Shown: positions 43,455-53,937 of the stretch, piece after piece | Numbering within the stretch: position 1 is the first letter of the stretch | Layout: the number at the start of each line of letters is the position of its first letter | Origin: Gammaproteobacteria bacterium | GTDB taxonomy: Bacteria > Pseudomonadota > Gammaproteobacteria > UBA4575 | Length of the DNA: 64,000 nt | Direction of reading: 5' to 3' | Assembly (NCBI GenBank): GCA_965222615.1 | Contig: CBDCUI010000009.1 | Span: 832,001 to 896,000, forward strand | Translations under genes and position numbers: made by a program | Notes under the pieces: generated by a model | Databases searched by the model: none | Told to the model about the DNA's origin: nothing | What the model saw: only the letters and a program-made list of their open reading frames with translations

Positions 43455-44518
43455 GCGATGTGGCGTTGTCTATACATTAAAAATGCAATCATGGCTATAA
43501 GTCCAACATGCACAACAAATAATCCTGGGATCACAGGCAACTTGCTATCGGCCACCCAAGTTTCTGCCAAAATTAATAAATTGGAATAAATTAAGTAGAT
43601 CACGATAGCCAAACCCAATTTAGCAAAACGCCCTTGGCGAGGCTTCGTCACACTTAATGGAAAAGCCAATAAAACTAGTAGCATAGCGGCAATTGGTATA
43701 GATAAGCGCCATTGAAGTTCGGCCTTATCAGCAGGGCGATTCGATACAAGTAGTTCCGAAACTGTCATAAACTCAGGATCATTTGCATCAGAATTAGAGT
43801 CAAAGCTTGGAATTCGAAAAGCATGTTGATTAAAGCTGAGAACTTTAAAACCACCCTCACCTGGCACACCTTCATAACGTTGTCCCTGGTCTAAAATTAA
43901 TGCTTCCCCACCTAGTTCAGTTAAATCTTGTTGTCGAGCAGTTCGAGCCGTCTCAATCGCAATTTTTCCTTCATTTTGGTCATAGATAAAAATATTACTA
44001 ACTGTGCCGAGTTCTTTATTCGCGTCTTCAATAAATACCACCCAGTCACCCTGCTTTGACTCAGCAAATTGACCTGGAGTTAGACTCTGCAGATTAGTTT
44101 GTCCTCGAGCTTGAGTTTTGATTGATTCAATTCCTTGTGCGGCCCACGGGGCTGAGAACAATGCCAAATATAACAATCCAATAATTACTGGCAAAATCAA
44201 CAAGCTAGCACTCTTAAACAACTTAAAAGAACTGACTCCACTTGCCTGAATCGCGTATATCTCACTATCTCGATACAAACGTCCTAAGCTCAACATGACT
44301 GTCACAAACAAAGCAAAAGGTGCTAATAAAATAGCTGAATTTAAGATTCCAAGTGTCAATATCGAAATCACTGCATCTGCTGGCAACTTACCATCCATTA
44401 CTCGTGTTAGTAGACTTACAAAAGATTTGCTTACAATAACTATAAGTAAAACAATGCTTACTGCAGCAAAAGTTAGTGCAAGTTCTCGGGAAAAATATCG
44501 GTTTAAGGTAGAAATCAC
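43451..44518 (-). CDS. lptF: LPS export permease LptF
   Basis: LGRLYRDSE, GQRYEG, AELQWRLS, PRQGR; divergent from pepA. Confidence 0.92.
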   Translation of the reverse strand: MISTLNRYFSRELALTFAAVSIVLLIVIVSKSFVSLLTRVMDGKLPADAVISILTLGILNSAILLAPFALFVTVMLSLGRLYRDSEIYAIQASGVSSFKLFKSASLLILPVIIGLLYLALFSAPWAAQGIESIKTQARGQTNLQSLTPGQFAESKQGDWVVFIEDANKELGTVSNIFIYDQNEGKIAIETARTARQQDLTELGGEALILDQGQRYEGVPGEGGFKVLSFNQHAFRIPSFDSNSDANDPEFMTVSELLVSNRPADKAELQWRLSIPIAAMLLVLLAFPLSVTKPRQGRFAKLGLAIVIYLIYSNLLILAETWVADSKLPVIPGLFVVHVGLIAMIAFLMYRQRHIA

Positions 44519-44618
44519 ACAGATGTTCTTATTGATGAAGACAAAAACGTATTAGTTACAAACATCAAAATATTAGCAATAATTAGCAACAAGCAAACAC
44601 AATTATATGAGGAGTTTT

Positions 44619-46127
44619 ATGGATTTCATTGCAAAAAGCACTACAGTCAACAAAGAAGCGGCGGCTTGTGTAATTGTAGGCATATTTAAACCAAAACGTC
44701 TAAGTGATTCTGCAAAAAAATTAGACCAGCTCTATCACGGAAATATCTCAAAAATTTGTCAGCGAGGTGCTATGGACGGCAGTCTTGGTCGTGTCATCAC
44801 TTTACATAATTCCAGTCGCAGCAAGCATGAATGTATAGTAATCGTTGGTTGTGGGGAACCTGAAAAATTCACTTTAAGTGCCATGCAACGAGCGCTGTCT
44901 GCAGCAACCACCGAGGCAAAAAAATCCAACGTCAACGATGTAATTAACTGCCTAACTGAGCTTCCCGTAAAAGACTGCGATTTATTAAACAAGGTTCAAG
45001 CAAGTGTAATCTCGATTGAAGAATCTATGTATCGCTATAGCAAAACAAAACCTAATGCAGCGAAAAATAAATCTCCATTAAGAAAAATAAAATTTTTGGC
45101 CAACAAAAATTCTAAAATTTCCGATATCCGTGAAGGGCTAGAGTATGGAAAAGCGATTGCGAATGGAATGAACTTAGCAAAAGATCTCGGTAATCTACCA
45201 GGCAATATATGTACACCAACTTATCTTGCAGAACAAGCAAAGAAGTTAAAAAAAGGTAATAGAAAACTGCGGGTAAATATTATTGAAGAATTACAAATGA
45301 AAAAATTAGGAATGGGTGCAATGTTATCTGTATCTCACGGAAGTGTCGAACCCGCTAAATTAGTTTGCCTTGAATACATGGGAGGCGAACAAAATGAACG
45401 TCCGTTTGTACTTGTAGGCAAAGGCATTACCTTTGATACTGGCGGTATTTCATTAAAGCCTGGTACCGCCATGGATGAAATGAAATTTGATATGTGTGGT
45501 GCCGCAAGTGTATTAGGAACCCTAAAAGCTTGTTGTGAATTAGAAATTCCTTTAAATATAGTTGGCGTCCTGGCCTGTGCTGAAAATATGCCGAGTGGAA
45601 AGGCTTCTAAGCCTGGAGACGTGGTAAGCACTATGTCCGGACAAACCGTTGAAATACTCAATACCGATGCCGAAGGCCGCTTAGTGCTTTGCGATGCACT
45701 TACTTATGTAGATAAATACAAACCCGAAGTCGTAATCGACATCGCAACGTTGACTGGGGCTTGTATAGTGGCGTTAGGGCATATTCCTTCAGGCTTAATG
45801 AGTAATCATGATGAGCTCGCGAGTGATTTGATTGCGGCAGGTATTTTAGCTGGAGATCGCACTTGGCAATTGCCATTGTGGCAAGAATACCAATCTCAAT
45901 TGGATAGTAACTTTGCTGATATTGCCAATATCGGAGGTAGAGGGGCCGGTACTATTACGGCTGCGTGTTTTCTATCCAGGTTTACTAAAAAGTATCGTTG
46001 GGCACATCTGGATATTGCCGGAGTTGCATGGCACAGCGCAGGCAAGCAAAAAGGTGCCACGGGCCGACCTGTGCCTTTGTTAACAGAGTATCTTTTACAT
46101 CAAGCCTATGAATTTGAAAACACATGA
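44619..46127 (+). CDS. pepA: Leucyl aminopeptidase
   Basis: GKGITFDTGG, MKFDMCG, NTDAEGRL; RBS gaggag before ATG 44619. Confidence 0.97.
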   Translation: MDFIAKSTTVNKEAAACVIVGIFKPKRLSDSAKKLDQLYHGNISKICQRGAMDGSLGRVITLHNSSRSKHECIVIVGCGEPEKFTLSAMQRALSAATTEAKKSNVNDVINCLTELPVKDCDLLNKVQASVISIEESMYRYSKTKPNAAKNKSPLRKIKFLANKNSKISDIREGLEYGKAIANGMNLAKDLGNLPGNICTPTYLAEQAKKLKKGNRKLRVNIIEELQMKKLGMGAMLSVSHGSVEPAKLVCLEYMGGEQNERPFVLVGKGITFDTGGISLKPGTAMDEMKFDMCGAASVLGTLKACCELEIPLNIVGVLACAENMPSGKASKPGDVVSTMSGQTVEILNTDAEGRLVLCDALTYVDKYKPEVVIDIATLTGACIVALGHIPSGLMSNHDELASDLIAAGILAGDRTWQLPLWQEYQSQLDSNFADIANIGGRGAGTITAACFLSRFTKKYRWAHLDIAGVAWHSAGKQKGATGRPVPLLTEYLLHQAYEFENT

Positions 46128-46549
46128 CACAGGTTGATTTTTACATTAGCAAAGAATCCGCACCACAATTTGCTTTGCGGACAATTTGCAGAATAGCTGA
46201 AAAGGCCTTTAAAGCTGGGCTTAGTGTTCACATATGGACGGACAATGAGGCCGACACACAAACACTCGATACTCTGCTATGGACTTTTCGGGACCGTAGT
46301 TTCATCCCCCATGAGATTTATGGCTCTTCGAGTCCCAGCTGTCCAATTACCATTGGTACCGATTTTGACCCACCTGAGATCGAAATGTTAATTAATTATT
46401 CTTCACAGATTCCAGAAAATATTGAGCAATTTCAAAGAATTGCAGAAATTATCGAGAACGAGACAGAATCCATTCACGCTGGTCGTGAACGCTATCGCTT
46501 TTATCGTGAGCAAGGCCATGACCCACAACACCATGAAGTATCCTCCTAA
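46124..46549 (+). CDS. holC: DNA polymerase III chi subunit
   Basis: VDFY, LDTLLWTF..SFIPH, GRERYRFYR; follows pepA. Confidence 0.93.
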   Translation: MTQVDFYISKESAPQFALRTICRIAEKAFKAGLSVHIWTDNEADTQTLDTLLWTFRDRSFIPHEIYGSSSPSCPITIGTDFDPPEIEMLINYSSQIPENIEQFQRIAEIIENETESIHAGRERYRFYREQGHDPQHHEVSS

Positions 46550-46576
46550 TATTAAACTAATGAATTATGGTCAGCT

Positions 46577-46957
46577 ATGGAAGGCAATACAAAAAAAGCA
46601 CCTATACTGGATCGTCTGGTCGACACTCCGACAACGACGACACCAGTACAACCATCTACAGCGCAACTTACTCAAAACCAGACGACTCAGCCAAATGCTA
46701 CTAGCAAGAATCAGGCTACCAAACCCACCTTGACTCCTACGAATGGCAAGACCTCTACTAATAAAGAAAATTCAACCAAGCTAGAAACACTCAACACCCC
46801 AAAAAATCGGCGTACAGACAAGTCTCAATTTGAATTAGAGCTTACTCAAATCGTTAATCGCATCTTGCACCAGCATATCAGTCAAGCAAGTGAACAAATT
46901 GTTCAACAGGTATTACGTGAAGTGCGAGCACGACTTCCCGGCCAAAAAAAACGATAA
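46577..46957 (+). CDS. Hypothetical protein with Thr/Gln/Pro-rich linker
   Basis: ORF between holC and valS; short PILDRLV N-motif, low-complexity middle, amphipathic helical C-terminus. Confidence 0.6.
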   Translation: MEGNTKKAPILDRLVDTPTTTTPVQPSTAQLTQNQTTQPNATSKNQATKPTLTPTNGKTSTNKENSTKLETLNTPKNRRTDKSQFELELTQIVNRILHQHISQASEQIVQQVLREVRARLPGQKKR

Positions 46958-47011
46958 AATCTCTGTAAACCACTCTTGGTTTATAATTACATAAATCTAT
47001 TATTTGCTAGC

Positions 47012-47170
47012 CTAGAGCTGATCTGAAAATAGCAGATAGTGTGCTTAGACAAGGCGCAGAGCTTTCAAATAGCGGGGGCAACATACAGTATGCATTTTCA
47101 CGCTCCACATTTGAGGAGGCTCTGTTACTCTGAATTTGTAGACTAAATATATTTTGAGATAAGGTTCTAA
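47012..47170. mobile_element. MITE-like element, family B (degenerate)
   Basis: Imperfect terminal IRs tagagctgatctgaaaata / tattttgagataaggttcta, bounded by CTAG and CTAA. Confidence 0.5.
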
Positions 47171-47216
47171 TACTTGCAAGTACTCGCTAGATCACTGCAT
47201 CATACGCGCTCGCAAT

Positions 47217-48297
47217 TGTATGTGTTATCTAATTCGTTGATAGATTTTGTAGCATGGAAGCGGGAGTTTTGCCATCAATACCTTGATGGGCTCTCGCTTC
47301 ATTGTAATAAATTAAGTAGGCACTCAGTTCATCTGCAAAGTGTTTTTCTGAGGTAAAGTAAGTACTATCAATCAAATCTTCGTTCAAGGTTCTCCAAAAG
47401 CGTTCCACTTTGCCATTGGTTTGTGGACGATAAGGTCTTGTATAGCGATGTTTGATGCCCATCTCTAGTAACATGCGCTCAAAGGCATGTTTGGGTTTTT
47501 GTTTCGACTCTTTGACTCCGAACTCCGGTCCATTATCTGTCAGGACTTCTGCAAACTGAATCCCATATTGACTCGATAAATAGTTGAAACAACGCAGCGT
47601 AGCAAACATCACCGTTAGACTTTGAATATCCTCGACCACTTGCGCCCAGGCAATACGACTGTAGGCATCCACCACACACACTAAATAGCGACGCTTGGAT
47701 TCATTGGCAATCATATCCTTACTCAAGTGATGACAGTCTATATGGGCGAGCTCGCCTGCCTTTTCTCGAATAATGCGGCGTTTTTCTTCTTGCATAGCAG
47801 GCCTTAATCGGTTCACTCCATGACGTTTGAAGATCTGATAGATACATGATGGTGAGGGCGTATTCTGACCTAATTTCGCTTGTAAGATAAGATGAATCTC
47901 ATAGCGATTATTGCCTTGCGCACGCGCTTTGAGGACTTGCGCTTCGATCTGCGGACAAGTGCGTCGAGTACGCCATTTCGGCCCACGTTTGGCGGGTAAT
48001 AAAGAAACCACATTACCACTTTGACGATAGCGTGCGTAGTATTTTAAAAACGTTTGAGGACAAGTACCGTGGGCCGCATAGAAGTCTTTGACCCGGCGAT
48101 ACTGCGGGTGCTGCTTGGCTTTAACTTGTTCGTATTCAGCTATTAGATATTGATATTTCTGAATGTAGTTCTTCTTTAACGTGCTATCTCGACTGTTGAT
48201 TCGCATGATGGCTTCTCCTCCTGTTCCGAGTTGCTTAGACACTTATCTAAGATTATCGGATGAGTGATTTTCATCAACGATTTACGTAACCTATACA
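47217..48297 (-). mobile_element. IS481-family insertion sequence (1081 bp)
   Basis: TGT...ACA ends, 25-bp imperfect TIRs (47217-47241 / 48273-48297, 20/25), 5-bp direct repeat GCAAT on both sides (47212-47216, 48298-48302). Confidence 0.9.
47229..48206 (-). CDS. IS481-family DDE transposase (integrase core)
   Basis: HID, VVDAYSR, LTDNGPEF, PQTNGKVERF, YNEARAH; AGGAGG RBS before ATG 48206. Confidence 0.93.
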   Translation of the reverse strand: MRINSRDSTLKKNYIQKYQYLIAEYEQVKAKQHPQYRRVKDFYAAHGTCPQTFLKYYARYRQSGNVVSLLPAKRGPKWRTRRTCPQIEAQVLKARAQGNNRYEIHLILQAKLGQNTPSPSCIYQIFKRHGVNRLRPAMQEEKRRIIREKAGELAHIDCHHLSKDMIANESKRRYLVCVVDAYSRIAWAQVVEDIQSLTVMFATLRCFNYLSSQYGIQFAEVLTDNGPEFGVKESKQKPKHAFERMLLEMGIKHRYTRPYRPQTNGKVERFWRTLNEDLIDSTYFTSEKHFADELSAYLIYYNEARAHQGIDGKTPASMLQNLSTN

Positions 48298-48341
48298 GCA
48301 ATGATCTATCTAACACTCAGCATAGGGCAAAACCTATAGTC

Positions 48342-51122
48342 ATGGATAAGACCTATCAACCCAGGGATATCGAACAAAAATGGTACCAATTCTGGAAAAG
48401 TAATAATTACTTTTCACCTCCCTGGCATAGTGATAAAGCCTACTGCATCATGATCCCACCCCCTAATGTAACGGGTACATTACATATGGGGCATGCCTTT
48501 AATAATACTCTTATGGATTGTTTAACCCGCTATCACCGCATGTGTGGGTTCAATACGCTTTGGCAGCCAGGTACTGACCATGCCGGTATCGCTACTCAAA
48601 TGGTGGTAGAACGACAACTCAATGCTGAAAATAAAACACGCCACGATTTAGGTCGAGAAAAATTTATCGATAAAGTTTGGCAATGGAAAGAACAATCTGG
48701 CAATACAATTTATGCTCAGCTTGAACGTATGGGATCATCGTTAGATTGGTCTCGTGAACGCTTCACCATGGACGAGGGCTTATCAGAAGCTGTTAAACAA
48801 GTCTTTATACGTTTATATGATGAGGGTTTAATTTATCGAGGCAAACGCTTGGTTAATTGGGATCCAAAACTACATACTGCCGTATCAGATTTAGAGGTCA
48901 TTTCTGAAGAAGAAAATGGACACATGTGGCACATGCGTTACCCGCTTGTTGATGGATCAAGGGCAGATGGAAATGGCTACGTAACCGTTGCAACCACACG
49001 ACCTGAAACGATGTTGGGAGACAGTGCAGTAGCGGTGCACCCAGATGATATACGCTATCAAGACATCATTGGTAAAACTGTCAAGCTACCGTTAACAGAC
49101 CGTGAAATTCCTGTTATAGCTGACGAATATGTGGATCCTGAATTTGGATCGGGTTGCGTCAAAATTACTCCTGCACATGACTTTAATGATTACGAGGTGG
49201 GGCAACGTCATGGTTTAGAACAAATCAATATTTTTACCATTGACGCCAAGATTAATGACAATGCTCCTGTAGCTTATCAAGAACTAGATCGATTCATTGC
49301 ACGCAAAAAAATCGTTGACGACTTAAAAAAACAAGGTCTGCTTGCTGAAGTGAAGAATCATAAACTTGTAGTGCCTCGTGGTGATCGCTCTGGTGTAATC
49401 GTCGAACCATATCTGACCGATCAGTGGTACGTAAAAATACAGCCGCTTGCAAAGCCCGCGATTAAAGCCGTAGAACAAGGCGATATTCAGTTTGTCCCAA
49501 CAAACTGGAACAAAACCTACTTTGAATGGATGCGTAACATTCAAGACTGGTGTATCAGCCGCCAACTTTGGTGGGGACATCGTATTCCTGCTTGGTACGA
49601 TGAAGATGGAAATATCTACGTTGCTGAAGATGAGGTAGCAGTGCGTGAAAAATATAAGTTAGCAAATGATATTTTACTCACACAAGATGAAGATGTGCTC
49701 GACACATGGTTTTCTTCCGCACTATGGCCCTTTTCCACTTTGGGCTGGCCGAAACAAACCAAAGAATTAAAAACCTTTTATCCAACTTCGGTATTAATCA
49801 CAGGCTTTGACATCATTTTCTTCTGGGTTGCTCGTATGATTATGATGGGTTTGAAATTTATGGGTGATGTCCCGTTTCATAAAGTCTACATTCATGGACT
49901 GGTACGCGATGCAGATGGACAAAAGATGTCTAAATCAAAAGGCAATGTGCTTGACCCAATCGATATCATCGATGGAATCAAACTGGATGCCTTGATACAG
50001 AAACGCACTACCGGTCTTATGCAGCCTGAAATGGCACCAAAAATTGAACAAGCCACACGCAAACAATATCCAAATGGTATCAAGGCCTACGGCACCGACG
50101 CACTACGATTTTCTTTTGCTGCCCAGGCCTCAACGGGTCGCGATATCAAATTTGATTTAAACCGCATCGAAGGCTATCGAAACTTTTGTAATAAATTATG
50201 GAATGCCACTCGCTTTGTATTAATGAATACCGAAGACAAAAAAATTGCACATTCAATTGATAATGAAAAACTTACCTTGGCAGACCGCTGGATTTTAACT
50301 AAACAACAAGAAGTCATCGATTTAACACACAAACATTTAGAAAATTACCGTTTTGATCTTGCCGCACAAGCCCTATATGACTTCTCCTGGCATGAATTTT
50401 GTGATTGGTACGTAGAGCTGTGCAAACCCACTTTATTTAAAGATGATGTTGATGAAAACATTAAGCAAAATTCACGCCGCGTATTACTTGAAGTACTTGA
50501 AAATTTATTAAAATTACTTCATCCAATCATTCCTTTTCTAACGGAAGAAATTTGGCAACCCATTGCCCAACAATTAAATATACCTGGTGACAGTATTTCC
50601 ATTCAGCCCTTCCCTTCGAGCAATGCTGAATATATTGATATAAAGAGTTTACAGGAGCTGGAATGGTGCAAAGAATTTATTAACGGCGTGAGAAAAATTC
50701 GTGCCGAGATGGACATTGCACCCGGTAAACCCCTTAATGTTTTATTACAAAACTGGTCAAAACAAGATCAGACCCATTTCACAAATAGTCAACAATACAT
50801 TCATGCACTAGCTAAACTCGAAAATATTCAATGGCTAAACAAGGAAACTGCTCCAGAATCTGCTACTGCGCTAGTTGGTAAAATGAAAATTCTCATTCCT
50901 TTGGCGGGGTTGATTGACAAAAAAGCAGAAAATGAACGCCTGCAAAAAGAAATAAAAAAGCTTGATATTAATTTAGAAAAAAGTCTGGCTAAATTAAATA
51001 ATCCAAATTTTGCAGGTAAGGCACCCAAAGAAGTGGTTGAAAAAGAGCGCCTTCGAGTGACTGAAATACAAAATTCATTGGCACAATTAAAAGAACAATT
51101 AGATAAAATTAGAGATTTATAA
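48342..51122 (+). CDS. valS: Valine--tRNA ligase
   Basis: [30 protein letters not shown]; true start MDKTY at 48342 (the longer ORF runs into the IS). Confidence 0.98.
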   Translation: MDKTYQPRDIEQKWYQFWKSNNYFSPPWHSDKAYCIMIPPPNVTGTLHMGHAFNNTLMDCLTRYHRMCGFNTLWQPGTDHAGIATQMVVERQLNAENKTRHDLGREKFIDKVWQWKEQSGNTIYAQLERMGSSLDWSRERFTMDEGLSEAVKQVFIRLYDEGLIYRGKRLVNWDPKLHTAVSDLEVISEEENGHMWHMRYPLVDGSRADGNGYVTVATTRPETMLGDSAVAVHPDDIRYQDIIGKTVKLPLTDREIPVIADEYVDPEFGSGCVKITPAHDFNDYEVGQRHGLEQINIFTIDAKINDNAPVAYQELDRFIARKKIVDDLKKQGLLAEVKNHKLVVPRGDRSGVIVEPYLTDQWYVKIQPLAKPAIKAVEQGDIQFVPTNWNKTYFEWMRNIQDWCISRQLWWGHRIPAWYDEDGNIYVAEDEVAVREKYKLANDILLTQDEDVLDTWFSSALWPFSTLGWPKQTKELKTFYPTSVLITGFDIIFFWVARMIMMGLKFMGDVPFHKVYIHGLVRDADGQKMSKSKGNVLDPIDIIDGIKLDALIQKRTTGLMQPEMAPKIEQATRKQYPNGIKAYGTDALRFSFAAQASTGRDIKFDLNRIEGYRNFCNKLWNATRFVLMNTEDKKIAHSIDNEKLTLADRWILTKQQEVIDLTHKHLENYRFDLAAQALYDFSWHEFCDWYVELCKPTLFKDDVDENIKQNSRRVLLEVLENLLKLLHPIIPFLTEEIWQPIAQQLNIPGDSISIQPFPSSNAEYIDIKSLQELEWCKEFINGVRKIRAEMDIAPGKPLNVLLQNWSKQDQTHFTNSQQYIHALAKLENIQWLNKETAPESATALVGKMKILIPLAGLIDKKAENERLQKEIKKLDINLEKSLAKLNNPNFAGKAPKEVVEKERLRVTEIQNSLAQLKEQLDKIRDL

Positions 51123-51148
51123 ATAGATGCCTTATTCTATAAAAAACG

Positions 51149-52150
51149 TTAACTTCCTACTAAGTATCTACTATTTCTACCGACGACTGTTTTAACCGCA
51201 TAAATTATAGCCACACAAATTAAAAGTATAGTTGCCGAAAAAATAATATAAGTAAGTAAATTTCCGTTAGGCAATTCTCCAAAAAAATGTTGGTATGAAA
51301 GCTTACTTGCCGTTATACAATATGCATGGATAAAGTAAATCCCAAAGCTCGTATCTGCAATATAACTTACAAAGCGCGAAGTCAGCTTCTCATTGTATTT
51401 TAGGAGGGTTCCAAGTAGTAACAATGACAAAAATATTTTTTGCAAACTATTAAAAAACGTCATTGTATGTTCCATATAATAATATTCCAAAAAGCCTAAT
51501 AGCAAAACCAAAAAAGCAAATATTATTAAATATACATTTTTCTTAACGATAGGATTTATAATCTCTTTATAGTGACTGCAAAACATCCCTAATAAATAAT
51601 AAGAGAAAAAGTGAACAAAATTTTGAGGCGGATTCCCTTGCCACCCTCTATGTACTAAGCAAGTTAAAATAATAAATATTGGCAATAAGTAATATATTCT
51701 CCCGTCCTTATCTGCCTTTATTAATATAGGCGCTAAAATATAGATTATTGCGATCATTGGAATAAACCACAATGGCCCTAGATGCGTCCCTGTTAAGAAA
51801 AAATATACTATTTGAACGCCAATAGGCTTATCGTACAAACCCTCCCAGACATTATTTTGTTGTAGAAAAAATACAAATATAAATATTGCAGGAATAGATA
51901 CGATTACATAGGGAGCTATTACATTTTTAAGTTTAGATGAATAGTATTTTCTTGTTTCATATTTTTTTGACAAATGCTGAAATAAATATCCTGCAATGAA
52001 AACGAATAATGTGCTTCCATTCTGTATAAATATGCGGAGGATTTTTACTAACTCAGGTGTGCCAGACCAGACAAACACCCCAATGACGTGCGAAGCAACT
52101 ATGAAAATTATGGCAATCGCCCTGAAATAATGAATGTAATTCAAATACAT
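51149..52150 (-). CDS. Acyltransferase-3 family membrane O-acyltransferase
   Basis: FRAIAIIFIVASH, FVFIAGYL, LWFI, SFGIYFIH; multiple TM segments. Confidence 0.9.
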   Translation of the reverse strand: MYLNYIHYFRAIAIIFIVASHVIGVFVWSGTPELVKILRIFIQNGSTLFVFIAGYLFQHLSKKYETRKYYSSKLKNVIAPYVIVSIPAIFIFVFFLQQNNVWEGLYDKPIGVQIVYFFLTGTHLGPLWFIPMIAIIYILAPILIKADKDGRIYYLLPIFIILTCLVHRGWQGNPPQNFVHFFSYYLLGMFCSHYKEIINPIVKKNVYLIIFAFLVLLLGFLEYYYMEHTMTFFNSLQKIFLSLLLLGTLLKYNEKLTSRFVSYIADTSFGIYFIHAYCITASKLSYQHFFGELPNGNLLTYIIFSATILLICVAIIYAVKTVVGRNSRYLVGS

Positions 52151-52969
52151 TTAAACCAACCTATATTTTTATACTGTTATTATTTTTTTAAGCAATTGAA
52201 AACACATCATGCTTCGTTAAATTATTAACAAGTGTAGCATGCTGACTAAAGTTTTACGCAACTTCTTCATAGTCAATTATTTAAACTTTAATTTACTAAA
52301 ATATTGAGTGGCTTATGGGTATTTTTAATTTAGTTTACAGCAACAAGATGTGGTTTAGCAGCATGTAACAATTGATCATGAACAATTGCTTTTCCCCTAT
52401 CACAAACATAAAACCACCTTATATTCATTACATATTTCACTTTTATTAACACTTACTTTTTTACGGATATATTTATAACAACTTTTTTAAGCATTTCTAC
52501 TTTAACAGTATTCTCCAGTAATACTTTAAGATTTTTCAAATAACCCAAACCATCAAGAGCATTAAATAGGGCGGCTGGCAATAATAACAACCCATGACCA
52601 ATTGGTATTAAACAATTTAGATTCGTTTTGAGAGAAAATAAAATCGATCAAATTAAATATAAAAAGCCAATGATATTTAACATTAGCTACCTTTAAAAAA
52701 ATACAACTTCAGGAATTATATAAATAATAATTCCCGCACACGAAAAATAATATATATGATTGGTGATAATTGTGCTTCTTATTAACTTTTACATTATTAC
52801 TATTGTCTTATTTATGCTTTAAGCCATCACTTATTTGATATTCATGAACACGTTATATACTGCTAATTCAAACAAGCAGTGTCAAAAAAATATCCATTTA
52901 ATAAAGTTGATTGTACTTGTATGATTTATCACATAATACTCAGCTAAACCACAAACCATATAACAAGCC

Positions 52970-53377
52970 ATGAATGTTGAAAAAATCATGAGTAAATCCA
53001 TTGTCACTGTTGAAATGGATGATACGCTAAAAACTGTTAAGGAAATTTTCGATAACACTCGTTTTCATCATCTGCTTGTGGTTGAGTCCAATAAACTTTT
53101 TGGTGTGGTTTCAGATAGAGACTTATTAAAAGCCTTAAGCCCAAAAATTGGAACTATCGCAGAAACTAGCAGTGATACTGCGACCCTTAATAAAAAGGTG
53201 CATCAAATTATGAGTAGAAAACCCATTTCTTTAGATTTAAATGCAAAAATTCATGATGTCATTAAACTTTTTAACACTAATGATATTTCTTGTATTCCAA
53301 TCGTTGATGACAACTACAAACCTGTTGGAATCATCAGTTGGCGGGATATCCTTAAAGAGCTCGAATCAAACTTCTAA
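52970..53377 (+). CDS. CBS domain pair protein
   Basis: IMSK..VTV, GVVSDRDL, PIVD...VGIISWRDI. Confidence 0.9.
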   Translation: MNVEKIMSKSIVTVEMDDTLKTVKEIFDNTRFHHLLVVESNKLFGVVSDRDLLKALSPKIGTIAETSSDTATLNKKVHQIMSRKPISLDLNAKIHDVIKLFNTNDISCIPIVDDNYKPVGIISWRDILKELESNF

Positions 53378-53688
53378 ATATTATTTTCATACCCACAATT
53401 CCAACAAATCTTGAATTGGCCTTCGATTTCTTCACCACAATTAGTACAGGCCCATTTACTTGGCTTAGATTTGATCGACTGAAGAAACTCATCCACGATT
53501 CTTTTTGCCGGAATATCATCTTCTTTATTTAGAATCCATAATTCCGGCCAAACCTCGGTAGGTGGAAGCTCGCCCACACCCCCTGCAAGAAATTCATTTT
53601 TAATAATCGAGGCAATCCCTTTCTCTGCAAGTAGATCTTTGAGTTGATGGATGAAAATAGGATTGGGTTCGCTGTAGACTCTTTTCAT
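53374..53688 (-). CDS. DUF2007 protein with C-terminal zinc ribbon
   Basis: GVGELPPTEVWPELW; WACTNCGE...CWNC. Confidence 0.8.
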   Translation of the reverse strand: MKRVYSEPNPIFIHQLKDLLAEKGIASIIKNEFLAGGVGELPPTEVWPELWILNKEDDIPAKRIVDEFLQSIKSKPSKWACTNCGEEIEGQFKICWNCGYENNI

Positions 53689-53691
53689 TAA

Positions 53692-53904
53692 GGGAAGCTC
53701 TGATTTATTCTGATATGGCCAAAAAAATTAAAAACGAAAAATGTCTCAAAATGCTCATGTATTTACATATACATTTCACTTTGACTCGCACCCTCCTGGT
53801 GCTCGGCCTGCGGCTAGCAGAGCTTCCCAAATCTGCTCCCGGCAGATTTGTCTCGACATTTTTTGCCTAATATCAGTCGTTTCATTAATAAATCAGAACT
53901 TCCC
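53692..53904 (+). mobile_element. MITE family A, copy 3 (with nested insert)
   Basis: Terminal IRs gggaagctctgatttatt / aataaatcagaacttccc; ends nearly identical to copy 2. Confidence 0.85.
53783..53852. repeat. 70-bp GC-rich palindromic insert inside MITE copy 3
   Basis: gactcgcaccctcctggtgc...caaatctgctcccggcagatttgtc, absent from copies 1 and 2; 9-bp stem caaatctgc/gcagatttg. Confidence 0.75.
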
Positions 53905-53937
53905 TGATTATAATCCCAAACACTAAATGAGTTTTAG

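Noticed and set aside
48264-48341. N-terminal extension of ValS
   Set aside because: Derives from the IS end and spacer; conserved ValS starts at MDKTY
53741-53926. 61-aa ORF
   Set aside because: Lies almost entirely within MITE copy 3; most likely spurious
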